DNA of 64,000 bases from the IMG/VR virus record IMGVR_UViG_3300034104_001590, positions 129-64,128 of that record; one strand, 5' to 3'. Below, piece after piece: positions 9,432 through 19,800 of this stretch; within the stretch, counting starts at the first letter, position 1; every line of letters starts with the position of its first letter. The notes beneath the pieces were generated by a model. It ran no database searches. It saw only the letters and a program-made list of their open reading frames with translations, and was not told the origin of the DNA. Origin of the DNA: a virus. Lineage: Duplodnaviria > Caudoviricetes. Both the position numbers and the translations under genes were made by a program.

Positions 9432-12400
9432 TTAACACTCTTTTTCTATTAAGTTATTATTTTCTAGGTTCTTTACTATAGTAGCAAAGTTAGTATTTAT
9501 GTTTGATACTTTTTTATACGACACTCCATGTTTTTCCTGGAATGCAGTTTCAGCGGCAGTTTTTTCTTGTTTATTTCTTATCTTTTTAATATCAGATGCT
9601 TCACTAAACATTGTAGCTTCGGGAACAGCTACTACTTCTTCTGCTGCTTTTGTTTCAGTAATAGGAATTTCTTCTTGAATAGGAGTTTCTACTTTAGTTT
9701 CCGTAGTGATTGTTTCTTTAGGCTTATTTAATTCTTCTTTTCTTTTTTCTAAATCGGATACTTCTTGAAATTCTTTATCATTTAGAGATTTCATCTCTTC
9801 TAAAGTCTTATCTATTTCTTCTTCTAAAGATTTTATTTCTTTGTTTTTAGTGAAAAATATTGATTTTTCTCTTTGTCTATAAAGAGCATCACGCTTATCC
9901 ATCAATGATTTAACCTTATTTGATAAATCAGTTCTTGCTCTGTCTGACTCAGTTCGAATATTTCTTATTTCATCATCAATTTCTTCTTGACTTACTTTTT
10001 CTTCTTCTTGAACCACTCCACTAGGGCTAACCTCTTCTTGGCCTGGTTCAGCGACAGGTTGGGTTTCGATAGGTTCTTCCCCTTTTCGCTCTTCACCTGG
10101 TATCCCTGCTTGGTCTTCTTTATCATATTCTTCTAGTTTATCAAAATCAATAGGTTCAGTAAATGATGATGGTTCTTCTTTAGATTCAGCAACTACACTA
10201 GGTCTTCCTTCAGAAGCTTCCTTAATGCTTTCGGCATCAAATTCAATTTCACCTAAATCATTTGTTTTAGTTTCTTTTTGAGGTTCTTTTTCAAATAATT
10301 TTTCTTTCTCTATCTCCTCATCCTGTTCTTCAACGTAATTATCAACTTTATCATTTGCTGCATCAATATCTGCTTTTACAGAATTCAATACTTCATCTAC
10401 TTGTTTTTTCTTTTCATCTGATAATGAGTTATAAGCTTCGCTTTTAGTATTTACACTTCCAATACCCATACCAATACCCATCATATAGGTAGATATAACA
10501 AACTCTTGAACAAAATCTAAATCTCCAAACTGTTCTTTAACAGCATCGAAGAATCCTTTGTCTCTTAGTTCATCAGTATATATATTAGATAATTCATTAC
10601 CAAATTCTTCAGCAACCTCCGTAGCTCCCCTTACATTTGCTTCTCCTGCCTTCTTAATTAAATTAACAGCTTGATCCGTTCTTCCACCAAATATTGATTG
10701 AACCATTGAATAAGCTCTATCTGCTGGTAGCTTAGACATAACAGCAGTAAATCCTTCAGATGCTAAACCTCCAGCAAATCCATTCAAAAAATATAATTCA
10801 TCTTGAGTAGATCCAAACATTGTTCCTGCGGCCTCAAATTGTAAACCAGTTTTGATTGGATTGTATATGTATTTACCGTATCGAGTGCTTTTTAATGCGC
10901 CTTCAAATATGTTGTCAGCTCTCTTTATATATGTCGCAAGTTTCTCGGCATTCTTAGTTTTAGTAACTAAATTCTCCATTCTTGACACAGTCCTTAGAGA
11001 AGCAGATCCTACTTTTTTAGTTAGAATTAATGGAATAATAACACCAACTGTTGTTCCAGTCATATTACCCCATTGCTCACGACTCCAAAACTCTACATTT
11101 TGTTTTTCCTTTAAAGCGTTTAAGTAGTTCTCATCTACTACATCATCTTTGTCAAATCCTTCTTCTGCAAGTTTTTCTTGTATAGTTCTAGCAGCATCAG
11201 ATTGAGAAAAGTAATTATCAGCCTTACTTGTTTTAGGAAACAGAAATGAAGACACTCCATTTATAAATGACTCATAGAATCCTCCACTTGATTGTGTGAA
11301 TCCATAATCATTATTAAAATAAAGAGGAGCTAGTTTATTAAGAGTCTCTTTATTCTTTAACCATTCCTTTTCTGCATCAGTTAAAGAAAAATAACCTCCC
11401 CAATCTAATAAGTCTACAGCAGCTCTTTTAAATTGATCGTATAAGCTTTCACCTATTTTATTTTTACTAGCTATCTGATTATTCTTCTCTTGTAATTGAC
11501 TATAAAATAAATCAAACTTTTGCTTAGGAGATATTTCCTTTGGAATAGCATTAAATATATTCTTAGCTGATTCAGTTGTGTTTACACCTACAGCTGCTTT
11601 CTTCGGTTCCGTTAAAAATACAGTTGACTTTAAAGAAGTCTTATCTTTTATTTCCTTCTCTAAAGTTTTATTCTCTTGACTTAATTCATACCATTTAGAA
11701 TACAAATCTTTATAAGCTTCGCTTCCTTTATTAACATCTTTAAGCCTTTCTTTAATTTCAGATATATTATCTAAGTTTTGTCTTAATTGATCTTTAGAGT
11801 CTCTTATCTCGCTATTTAAAGAAGAAAACTTCTCATCTTTAAGCGTATTATATTCTTTCAAGTATTTAGCAAGAGTTCCCTCATAATACTTTCTTTCAGT
11901 TTCAGTTATATTCGTAGAAAACTTATATCCTCCATTTTCTCTGTCATACAACATCTTACCATCTTCAATAGCATCTTGAATGAAATCAGCCATCTTCAAT
12001 GTAGCCTTGAAAGTATCATAAGTATAAGATTGAAAATCAGTCATCTTAGAGTATGTATTCAATGCTCTATCCAACTCTTTTCTCTTATCTTCTAAGGCAA
12101 GTCTATCTAAACTCATATCCTTAGAATAAGCCTCATTTATTCTTTCATTTATTATTTTTGATTGCTCAAAAAACTCTCTTGAATCATTTAATATTTCATT
12201 TACAGCTTTACCTTTTAAATCATCATATTTTCCGTCTCCAATGATTTTCTTTATTTGTTTTTGCTGTTCTAATAAGTTTAATATTTGATCTCCAGATAAA
12301 CTGTTGTTCTTAGCGAACATCATCATTATATCTTTATCTGCGAAATTCTTAGCCTCTTCAAAAGCATTTCCTAATTCAGCTTTCTCAATTAGAGTAGAAA

Positions 12401-13766
12401 TGCCTAAAGGATTAACTACGTTTGACAATAAATCATCAGCACTTTTTATTGTCTGTATTTTAAGAGGTTTAATAGTAGAAGCTACATACTTAGATAAATC
12501 ATCATTTGTTTGTATAGCCTGAGCTTCTAATGCTTTCTCTCTTTTCTCGACATCCCCTTTTGATAATGGAACAAACTTTTTCCCTTTGCCACTTACATCT
12601 TTTAACCAATCTCCGTCTTTCTTTTGATACAAATCTGGACTTCCAGGAAACCTATAATATCCATCTGGTTTTTCTTTTTTAGAAGCATCTATTAAAGTTC
12701 TTTGTTCTTTTGTTGCATTAGCATAATTAGGATCGTATCCAAAGTTTATTTGACCGCTATTAGTATATCTATCAGCTTTAGTAGGCTCATTAGACTTAGT
12801 TAACTCAGAGAAGTTTAATCCACGAGTTATTGCCGCGTCTCCATTAGCAGTTAATAATTGATTTTGATTGAATTGATTTTGATTACCAAATGCGCTTGTT
12901 ATTGCTTTCTCTGCCCCTTTCTGCGTTTTTGTTTTTTGGTCTTTTATCTTTATGGCATCTCTTTCTAATACAGCAATTCTAGCTTTAGCATTTTTAGTTA
13001 TCTTGACAAAATTTCCTGTATTCTTTGCATCAACATACCAATCATTAGGCCCTTTTCTTTTGAATATAGCTCCAGGTCTATCTTTGTAAGTATAAAGTTC
13101 ACCATCTGATTTTGGCTCCTCTACTTTCTTTTCTTTAGGCTTAATAACTACCTTGCCATCATTCTTGACTTGAACACGAGTGTTTTGATATTGTTTATTT
13201 ACATTTTCTACTTTCTGCTTAACCTCAACGTCTTCTCCTTGAGGAACACCATCAATAGTAAATTGAGAGAGATCTATTTTTTCTTCTGGCTCTTCTTCTT
13301 CTGTAACAGATACTTCAAATTCTTCTATTGGCTCTTCTTCTGCTGCCGAAAATTGAGGAGCACCATCAATAGTAAATCCACTTAAATCTAAATCAGAAAT
13401 GCTTGGAGCAACGCTTAAATCTATTCCAGCTTTTTCTGGAGTGAATACAGAATAGTTTTCATCACTTAAAGGAACCTCTGTGCCTACTTCAGCAGTTACA
13501 GATGGTTTCTCTTTATCTCCTTCTTGAACTTCAACATTTGGTAATTCTCCAATATTCTCTTCAACTTTTGTTTCTACCGTTGGCAATGTAGGTTCAATCT
13601 TAGATTCTTCTTCGGTTGGAACTGTCGCTACTTGAGGCGCAGGCTCACTATCAACTATGGGTTTAATTTTTACATCAAATTGATCTGGGGTAGTTTGAAC
13701 TTCTGGCTGAATCTGTATTGTTTCTCCTTCCCCTCCTGTTTGTGTATTCATTAAATCTTGAGCCAT
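9432..13766 (-). CDS. Large putative ejection/internal virion protein (1444 aa)
   Basis: Acidic low-complexity termini, internal repeats, coiled coils and Gly/Ala-rich helices; cargo-cluster position. Confidence 0.55.
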   Translation of the reverse strand: MAQDLMNTQTGGEGETIQIQPEVQTTPDQFDVKIKPIVDSEPAPQVATVPTEEESKIEPTLPTVETKVEENIGELPNVEVQEGDKEKPSVTAEVGTEVPLSDENYSVFTPEKAGIDLSVAPSISDLDLSGFTIDGAPQFSAAEEEPIEEFEVSVTEEEEPEEKIDLSQFTIDGVPQGEDVEVKQKVENVNKQYQNTRVQVKNDGKVVIKPKEKKVEEPKSDGELYTYKDRPGAIFKRKGPNDWYVDAKNTGNFVKITKNAKARIAVLERDAIKIKDQKTKTQKGAEKAITSAFGNQNQFNQNQLLTANGDAAITRGLNFSELTKSNEPTKADRYTNSGQINFGYDPNYANATKEQRTLIDASKKEKPDGYYRFPGSPDLYQKKDGDWLKDVSGKGKKFVPLSKGDVEKREKALEAQAIQTNDDLSKYVASTIKPLKIQTIKSADDLLSNVVNPLGISTLIEKAELGNAFEEAKNFADKDIMMMFAKNNSLSGDQILNLLEQQKQIKKIIGDGKYDDLKGKAVNEILNDSREFFEQSKIINERINEAYSKDMSLDRLALEDKRKELDRALNTYSKMTDFQSYTYDTFKATLKMADFIQDAIEDGKMLYDRENGGYKFSTNITETERKYYEGTLAKYLKEYNTLKDEKFSSLNSEIRDSKDQLRQNLDNISEIKERLKDVNKGSEAYKDLYSKWYELSQENKTLEKEIKDKTSLKSTVFLTEPKKAAVGVNTTESAKNIFNAIPKEISPKQKFDLFYSQLQEKNNQIASKNKIGESLYDQFKRAAVDLLDWGGYFSLTDAEKEWLKNKETLNKLAPLYFNNDYGFTQSSGGFYESFINGVSSFLFPKTSKADNYFSQSDAARTIQEKLAEEGFDKDDVVDENYLNALKEKQNVEFWSREQWGNMTGTTVGVIIPLILTKKVGSASLRTVSRMENLVTKTKNAEKLATYIKRADNIFEGALKSTRYGKYIYNPIKTGLQFEAAGTMFGSTQDELYFLNGFAGGLASEGFTAVMSKLPADRAYSMVQSIFGGRTDQAVNLIKKAGEANVRGATEVAEEFGNELSNIYTDELRDKGFFDAVKEQFGDLDFVQEFVISTYMMGIGMGIGSVNTKSEAYNSLSDEKKKQVDEVLNSVKADIDAANDKVDNYVEEQDEEIEKEKLFEKEPQKETKTNDLGEIEFDAESIKEASEGRPSVVAESKEEPSSFTEPIDFDKLEEYDKEDQAGIPGEERKGEEPIETQPVAEPGQEEVSPSGVVQEEEKVSQEEIDDEIRNIRTESDRARTDLSNKVKSLMDKRDALYRQREKSIFFTKNKEIKSLEEEIDKTLEEMKSLNDKEFQEVSDLEKRKEELNKPKETITTETKVETPIQEEIPITETKAAEEVVAVPEATMFSEASDIKKIRNKQEKTAAETAFQEKHGVSYKKVSNINTNFATIVKNLENNNLIEKEC

Positions 13767-13783
13767 TACTTGTGTATTTTATA

Positions 13784-13791
13784 CAAATATA
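13784..13791 (-). promoter_or_regulatory. -7 promoter element (TATATTTG)
   Basis: TAnnTTTG, 18 nt upstream of the ATG at 13766. Confidence 0.65.
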
Positions 13792-13805
13792 AGGATTGTA
13801 TAGGT

Positions 13806-16154
13806 TTATTCATTTTCTAAGCTAGAACTAGAACTCCAAGACTCATAAGGATCTCCACCCCCTAATCCAAAGCCTTCTTCAGATTTTAATCCTTGGCCCC
13901 AATTTTTATCATTTGAGTTTATTCCAGATTCACTTGAGAATTCACTAGAGAAATAAGCTGTTCCAGGCAATGTTACAGGAGCCGCTTTTCCTTCATCATT
14001 TACTATGTAATAACTAAGTCTACCAACTGACTTTTTGGTAAATACCATTTTGTTAGGATTGAAATAATCTATATTATCACCATTGATATTAGTTATATCA
14101 TTTCTATCTTTTGGATTAGGCATACCATAAGCTATTTCGTATTGATTAGTTTTAAACTTAGATCTATTCAATTCCATTGCTTTTTTGAATTTTGATTGAA
14201 CATCTTTTGTTAAAGGAACTCCATCATCAAAATAATATTTTTTACCAGATAAATCAAGCCCTGGTAAATCTACAGCTCTAACAGTAGTTTGAACAGTTTT
14301 ACCATTTTTATCTTTATATTTTAATTTATATCGAACAGACGCGTTATTAACACTTACTGGATTTTTTTCTTCGTAACTTGAAGCTTTTTCTCTAATAACT
14401 ACTGAATTAGTATAAGGATCTATTGTGGCATTTGTAATACCATTTCTTCTCATTATACTAAGTATTTGATTATTGAACTTATCTCCTTTGATTCCTTTTT
14501 TCTTTAAGTCATCCATTATCTGAGCCATTGACTTGCCTGTTTGCTTATCAATAAAGTTCATCTGCTCATTTCTAGCTTGCCAGTGAGTTTTTCCTTCTTG
14601 AATTTTTCTATTATAATCCAAGTCAAATTGTCTTCTTCTTTCAGCTAATGCTTCTCTATCGAATGCTTTAGTTCCAAGTATCTTAGTGTCAAAGTCAACT
14701 TGCTCTTGTAATTGACCAGCAAAATAATCTAATGCAGCCTCTCTTTGCTCCTCGCTATATTTACCGCTTTCTATTAATCCATCAATTATTTGCTCATAGT
14801 CTCCAGTAAAGTATTTCTTAAATCCAGTTATAAATCCAACATGATCTATATCTCCTACATTTACTTTATTGATGAAATCAGCAGCTTCTTTCTTAAATGA
14901 TTCTTTATCGTATTCTCCACCTGTTTTTAAATTAATAGGTGATTTACCCATTCTTTCAGCGGCTAACACTTGTTTAGTAACTTCATCAATCTGAGGAATT
15001 ATGTTTTGATAAACTTTAGCCTTAGCAAATAAAGGCCCTAAATCAATTTTTCCAGATACTACATCATCAGCATTATTAACTAAAGCGGATTTTATTTGAC
15101 CTGCAACATCAATCATTTCCTTAGTGACATATTTTTTTTCATCAGCAGCGTCCTTAAGTAATGATTCAGACCATCCAGAGTAATGAGTTAATTCTTTAGC
15201 CAATCCTTTTCTTCTTGCATATTCTCTTCTAACTTCTGGATCTTTTAAAAACGCATCAGAATTACCTTTGTGTTTATTATATAAATTATCATTCATCCAG
15301 TCCATTATGCTAACATTGAACTTCTCTTGATATTGAGGCGCAGTCTCTATTAAGTCAAAGTATTTATCAACGGCTGCTTGTTTGTCTTTTGCAGCTTGGG
15401 CTAATGCTCTTTTCCTAGCGTCATACAACCCCATAGGTAATAATGCTCCAGCTCCAGAGTAAATAGTTTGACTACCTATTCTGCTACCTGTAAATGTTCC
15501 TACGGCTATATCTCTTCCAACTTGAGGATAATAATCTTGAACTCCTAACTTTTCAATTACAGCACTAGGAACGTAACCCATTTGATTACTAGCATCATCG
15601 ATTATTTTTTTGTCAATATCATCCTTAGTTCCTTGATCTCCAATATACGAAGGAGATCCTCCTTGTTCATTTCCAATATTATATAGAAGATTTGATTGAG
15701 CATTTATTTTTTCTTTCTCCTCTTCTTCTTTTGCTTTTTTAGCTAAAATTTCAACCTCATCTAACTCCTCAAGACTCTCTGCACTTTTAGTTCCTTTATC
15801 TAATATTTCATTTGAAGCGTCAGTAGCCCTATCATTTAAAATGTTTTGTAGCGCAGGACTATTAGCTACTTGTTCAGCTGTATATGTAGTTGTTTTTTGT
15901 TCAGGTGAACCTTCTGTGTCCTCTTTTCCTGGAGTAGATGACCAAAATGAACTAGGCTCAGCTCCTTCAACAATAGTTAATCCTGGCTGCTGCTTAGACT
16001 CCATCACTCTTTGTCTTTCCGTTTCTTCATTGAATGACGGTATACTAGCTTGTCTTTCAGCAGTTTTCTTCTCTATCTCTGAAGCTCTAGCCTCAGCTCT
16101 TTTCATTATTTCTTCTTCCTCGGAAGTAGCTTTAACCCTTCTATTTTTTGCCAT
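13806..16154 (-). CDS. Putative ejection/internal virion protein (782 aa)
   Basis: Helical, charged protein between a pilot-like gene and larger cargo genes. Confidence 0.5.
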   Translation of the reverse strand: MAKNRRVKATSEEEEIMKRAEARASEIEKKTAERQASIPSFNEETERQRVMESKQQPGLTIVEGAEPSSFWSSTPGKEDTEGSPEQKTTTYTAEQVANSPALQNILNDRATDASNEILDKGTKSAESLEELDEVEILAKKAKEEEEKEKINAQSNLLYNIGNEQGGSPSYIGDQGTKDDIDKKIIDDASNQMGYVPSAVIEKLGVQDYYPQVGRDIAVGTFTGSRIGSQTIYSGAGALLPMGLYDARKRALAQAAKDKQAAVDKYFDLIETAPQYQEKFNVSIMDWMNDNLYNKHKGNSDAFLKDPEVRREYARRKGLAKELTHYSGWSESLLKDAADEKKYVTKEMIDVAGQIKSALVNNADDVVSGKIDLGPLFAKAKVYQNIIPQIDEVTKQVLAAERMGKSPINLKTGGEYDKESFKKEAADFINKVNVGDIDHVGFITGFKKYFTGDYEQIIDGLIESGKYSEEQREAALDYFAGQLQEQVDFDTKILGTKAFDREALAERRRQFDLDYNRKIQEGKTHWQARNEQMNFIDKQTGKSMAQIMDDLKKKGIKGDKFNNQILSIMRRNGITNATIDPYTNSVVIREKASSYEEKNPVSVNNASVRYKLKYKDKNGKTVQTTVRAVDLPGLDLSGKKYYFDDGVPLTKDVQSKFKKAMELNRSKFKTNQYEIAYGMPNPKDRNDITNINGDNIDYFNPNKMVFTKKSVGRLSYYIVNDEGKAAPVTLPGTAYFSSEFSSESGINSNDKNWGQGLKSEEGFGLGGGDPYESWSSSSSLENE

Positions 16155-16156
16155 GA

Positions 16157-16798
16157 TTAACCTTGTTGTCCGTAAAATTTGCCACCACCCAAAGAAGCTA
16201 ATAAGTTTTGCTGGCCAGCTTGCATTTGATTTTCTGCTTGAGCAGATTTTCTAGCAGATCTCAATAAAGCTAAATCTCTTGATACATCAGCCATTTTAGA
16301 AACTTGCTCTTGCTCCATTCCTAATGTCTGACCAACTTGCTGTCCATATTGACTAGATATATTAGCCATTCCTTGATTTAATAATTGAGCTAATATTCCA
16401 GTATTTACTTGCCCTCCTGCTCGAAAAGCTCCTTGACCATATTGTCTAGCCATTTGCTTAATAGCTGATCTAGCAGCAGTAGCATCAGTTCCAGTCTCTC
16501 CAGCTCTTCTTCTTCTACGAATCGTATTCAAAAGTTGACGCTCCATTGGACTTTCCGAAGGAGGCAACATGGCATCTGCTTTTTTTCTATTGATAGCTCC
16601 AGCAACCATCTGACCAACAGCAAATCCTGTTTGTGCAATTTTACCTAAGCCTCCAGCACCTTTAACTAGTCCTCCGATTTTACTTCCGATTCCCCCTCCA
16701 GAACCAGAGCCTCCTTCAGCTCCACTTGAATCTGATCCTTTATTTTTGGATAATGATGACGCTACTTGAGCTGCTTTCATAATAGTTATTGGATCCAT
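16157..16798 (-). CDS. Putative DNA pilot/small ejection protein
   Basis: Gly/Ala/Gln-rich 213 aa directly after the nozzle-like gene, as in podoviruses. Confidence 0.55.
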   Translation of the reverse strand: MDPITIMKAAQVASSLSKNKGSDSSGAEGGSGSGGGIGSKIGGLVKGAGGLGKIAQTGFAVGQMVAGAINRKKADAMLPPSESPMERQLLNTIRRRRRAGETGTDATAARSAIKQMARQYGQGAFRAGGQVNTGILAQLLNQGMANISSQYGQQVGQTLGMEQEQVSKMADVSRDLALLRSARKSAQAENQMQAGQQNLLASLGGGKFYGQQG

Positions 16799-16813
16799 GA
16801 TATATTATTTTTT

Positions 16814-16821
16814 CAAATTTA
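16814..16821 (-). promoter_or_regulatory. -7 promoter element (TAAATTTG)
   Basis: TAnnTTTG, 16 nt upstream of the ATG at 16798. Confidence 0.6.
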
Positions 16822-16825
16822 ACAA

Positions 16826-19800
16826 TTATTTCAATGCCTTGTATTGCACCCCAGTGCTAGTTACTAAAAACTCTTCATCAGCACTACTTACAATCTTAAA
16901 TATCAATACTCTTCCTTGATTTCTATAATGCGGTGCAACTACTGAGCGAGGTATATAACATTCATATCCAAAGTAATTTTTAATGCTTAATGGAACAGCT
17001 AAAGCATCTACTACAGAATCATAAGTATCAGTTTTATAATCATTAAATGATTTGTAGAAATAAATCTGTTCTGGCTTGCTATTAGAGTTAACTCTTATTC
17101 GAATAAACTCTTTATCAGCAATAATCACAGCATCAGATAATCCAGTTAAATAACAAGGAATATCATTTCCATTTATTATATTTCCTATTCCTAATTCAAA
17201 CGTTCCATTATAATCTCCTTGATTCTTCATTCCAAAGAAATGGTTTTTATAATATAAATACTTATCGTAGTTATAAGTGCTTTGACATTGTAATGAGGCT
17301 TGCTGAGTTCCAAATATTAACGTATTAAATTCTGGAAATTCATTTCTTGTGCATACATTCATAACGTATTCTTTAGTAAGCACATTGAATCCACCACTTA
17401 ATTTAGCTTCATATCCTTGACCAATTAAACTATTAAATCTTCTATTTAGTAATTCAAAGAATCCAGTCTTAGATATGTCTGTAAGCTGATTATCACCAAA
17501 TGTATAAGCAGCAATTCCATTACAGAAAAACAATACATTTGAATATTCAGCCCAACTTCTCCACGTTTCATCATGCATACCAATGGTCTTATCTATCCAA
17601 ATCTGATTAAGTATTCCTCCAGCATCAGATCCTACGGTAGCCAATTCATTAGCATTTATCTCTGTAACTACCCGTTTATCAACCATTAGCAAACAAACTC
17701 CGCTATCTGTTAATGCATAAAGATTATTTCCTTTATCGGAAGATAGTCCACTCCAAGCAAACTTAATCTCACCAGTATCATCTGAAATATCAAAATAAGC
17801 ACTAGGTAAAAATGTCTTTACAGATGGAGTATCTTGAGAGTTGATAGGTCTTTTTAATGACCATATAATCCTAGTGCAGAAATCAGTTTCCTCTGTAAAG
17901 CCTACAGCTGGAATACTCGTAAATAATTCAGTAGTTTGACTTTTAGAGTAATCAATATTTACCTGTGGTGTAAATCTAAATCCACCATACACCCATAAGT
18001 TCCACTCATAACCATAATCATCAAAGTATTCAGTTATTAAATTATTATCATTTTCAAAAGTAGTTCTATCGGATGGATTGTCATTATTCCATTTATAAGG
18101 CCTTGGAATATAATTTATAAGAGGAAAGAATTGATCGCTATTAGCTTTATCTGGAGCCTCATTATTAAAAGCAAAAGATAAATTAATTCTTGTTTCAGCA
18201 GTCCACATAGTAATGAGCTGTCTTATTGTAGCTGCATCAAGCCCTAAATTATCACAGAATTGGAATCCATACCCATATTCATAATTCCAAGCATCTGAAT
18301 TTTCCCAAACTGGATAAGTATCTACAAAATCATAACTTTTTAATGGGAATGGAGCATTCATAAAGAATTCATTTGTAGAATCTTTAGGATCTCCATTTTT
18401 ATCATATTCATTATCCAATACAGCCCAAATAGACTCATTGATATATGTATCTCCTCCAAATACCCTTACTGGTATTCTATTGTCATATTTAACATAAACT
18501 TTCGATCCTGGAGCTGGAACAGTAAAATCTGTGTATCCAGGAGTTTCATTGAAATTTAATGTGAATACTTGACATATCCCGTCTACATCACCACTTGACT
18601 GAGTGCTTGTGTAAATTCCATAAATATCAAATCCATCCGTTACAACAGCGTCATTATAAACGCCAAATGTATTTAACGCAGTTAAGATAGTAGTAATAGT
18701 AGGCCCAGATTCAAATGATACATTCATCCATCTTCGTTCTATTTCATCTGTTCCGACTACATAAACAAATCTTTTTAAAGCTCCATAAGTAGATAATCCA
18801 TTTATTTGACTAGTAATTTGAGGAATACAATCTTCCCATCTCTCAGATACAAGTGTAGCAGTCTGTCCATTAGATCCGTTAGACTCTAATACAAGTGATT
18901 TAAACTTGATATAATTTCCAGTGTATTTATATTCAGTAGTTAAACCAGGGTTTATATTTGAATCTTTAATTAGGTTTATAACATACATTGGCTCTCTCCA
19001 CTCTAAAACCCCATCGTTAGTAGCATCATTATGACCTAAAATAGGATTAGAATGTCCATTCATTCCAAGCTCATTGTATATACTCTCTGTTAATTGTATT
19101 CTAAAGTAAGTTTGTCTTGTTGAATTTGTAGTTACATCATTTACCTCCAATATAGTGAATTCGTGATTACCACTTCCATTAGATGGAAACTCTGGAGCAT
19201 CTGGAGTTATAGAATTAGTAAATCTTCCATAAGCTACATATCTATTGACAAGTAATGGATCGTGAACTACATCATCTTGTATTCCAGAATAATTACCTAG
19301 AACTGGATTTATTTGCTCTGTTGCTGTAGTTGTAAATTTATCTTTTATAACTCGCGCATAAGTGATAATATCAGCTCCTTTTCTTTTGTTTTCCAACTCT
19401 GGTTTTCTCGTGTTATAAACTTCAGAGAAATAACCTAAAGGAGAAACACACTGAATCTTATATCCAGCTCCATTATTATTTACTAAATCTTCAGCAATCT
19501 CTGGAGTTAACAATTCTAAATCAGGAAAATAAGCCCAAAATGAATCTACTTCTTTTTGAGTATCAGTTCCAAGGCCAGGATCAGCTTCAATTAAAGAATA
19601 GAATCCTAATCCTTGAGCTACAACTCTATTTGCTGGATCCGTTTGAACAACTGAAAATCCATCAGCCCAATCAGGATAAGTATCAATTCCTTTTAACGCA
19701 AATCCTTGAGCATAATAATTAGGCCCAAAAGCAGGAGGCGTATAATCATCCCAAAGTGGGAAATCAGCAGATTCTGAATTTATTGACACTCTGTTGTTAA

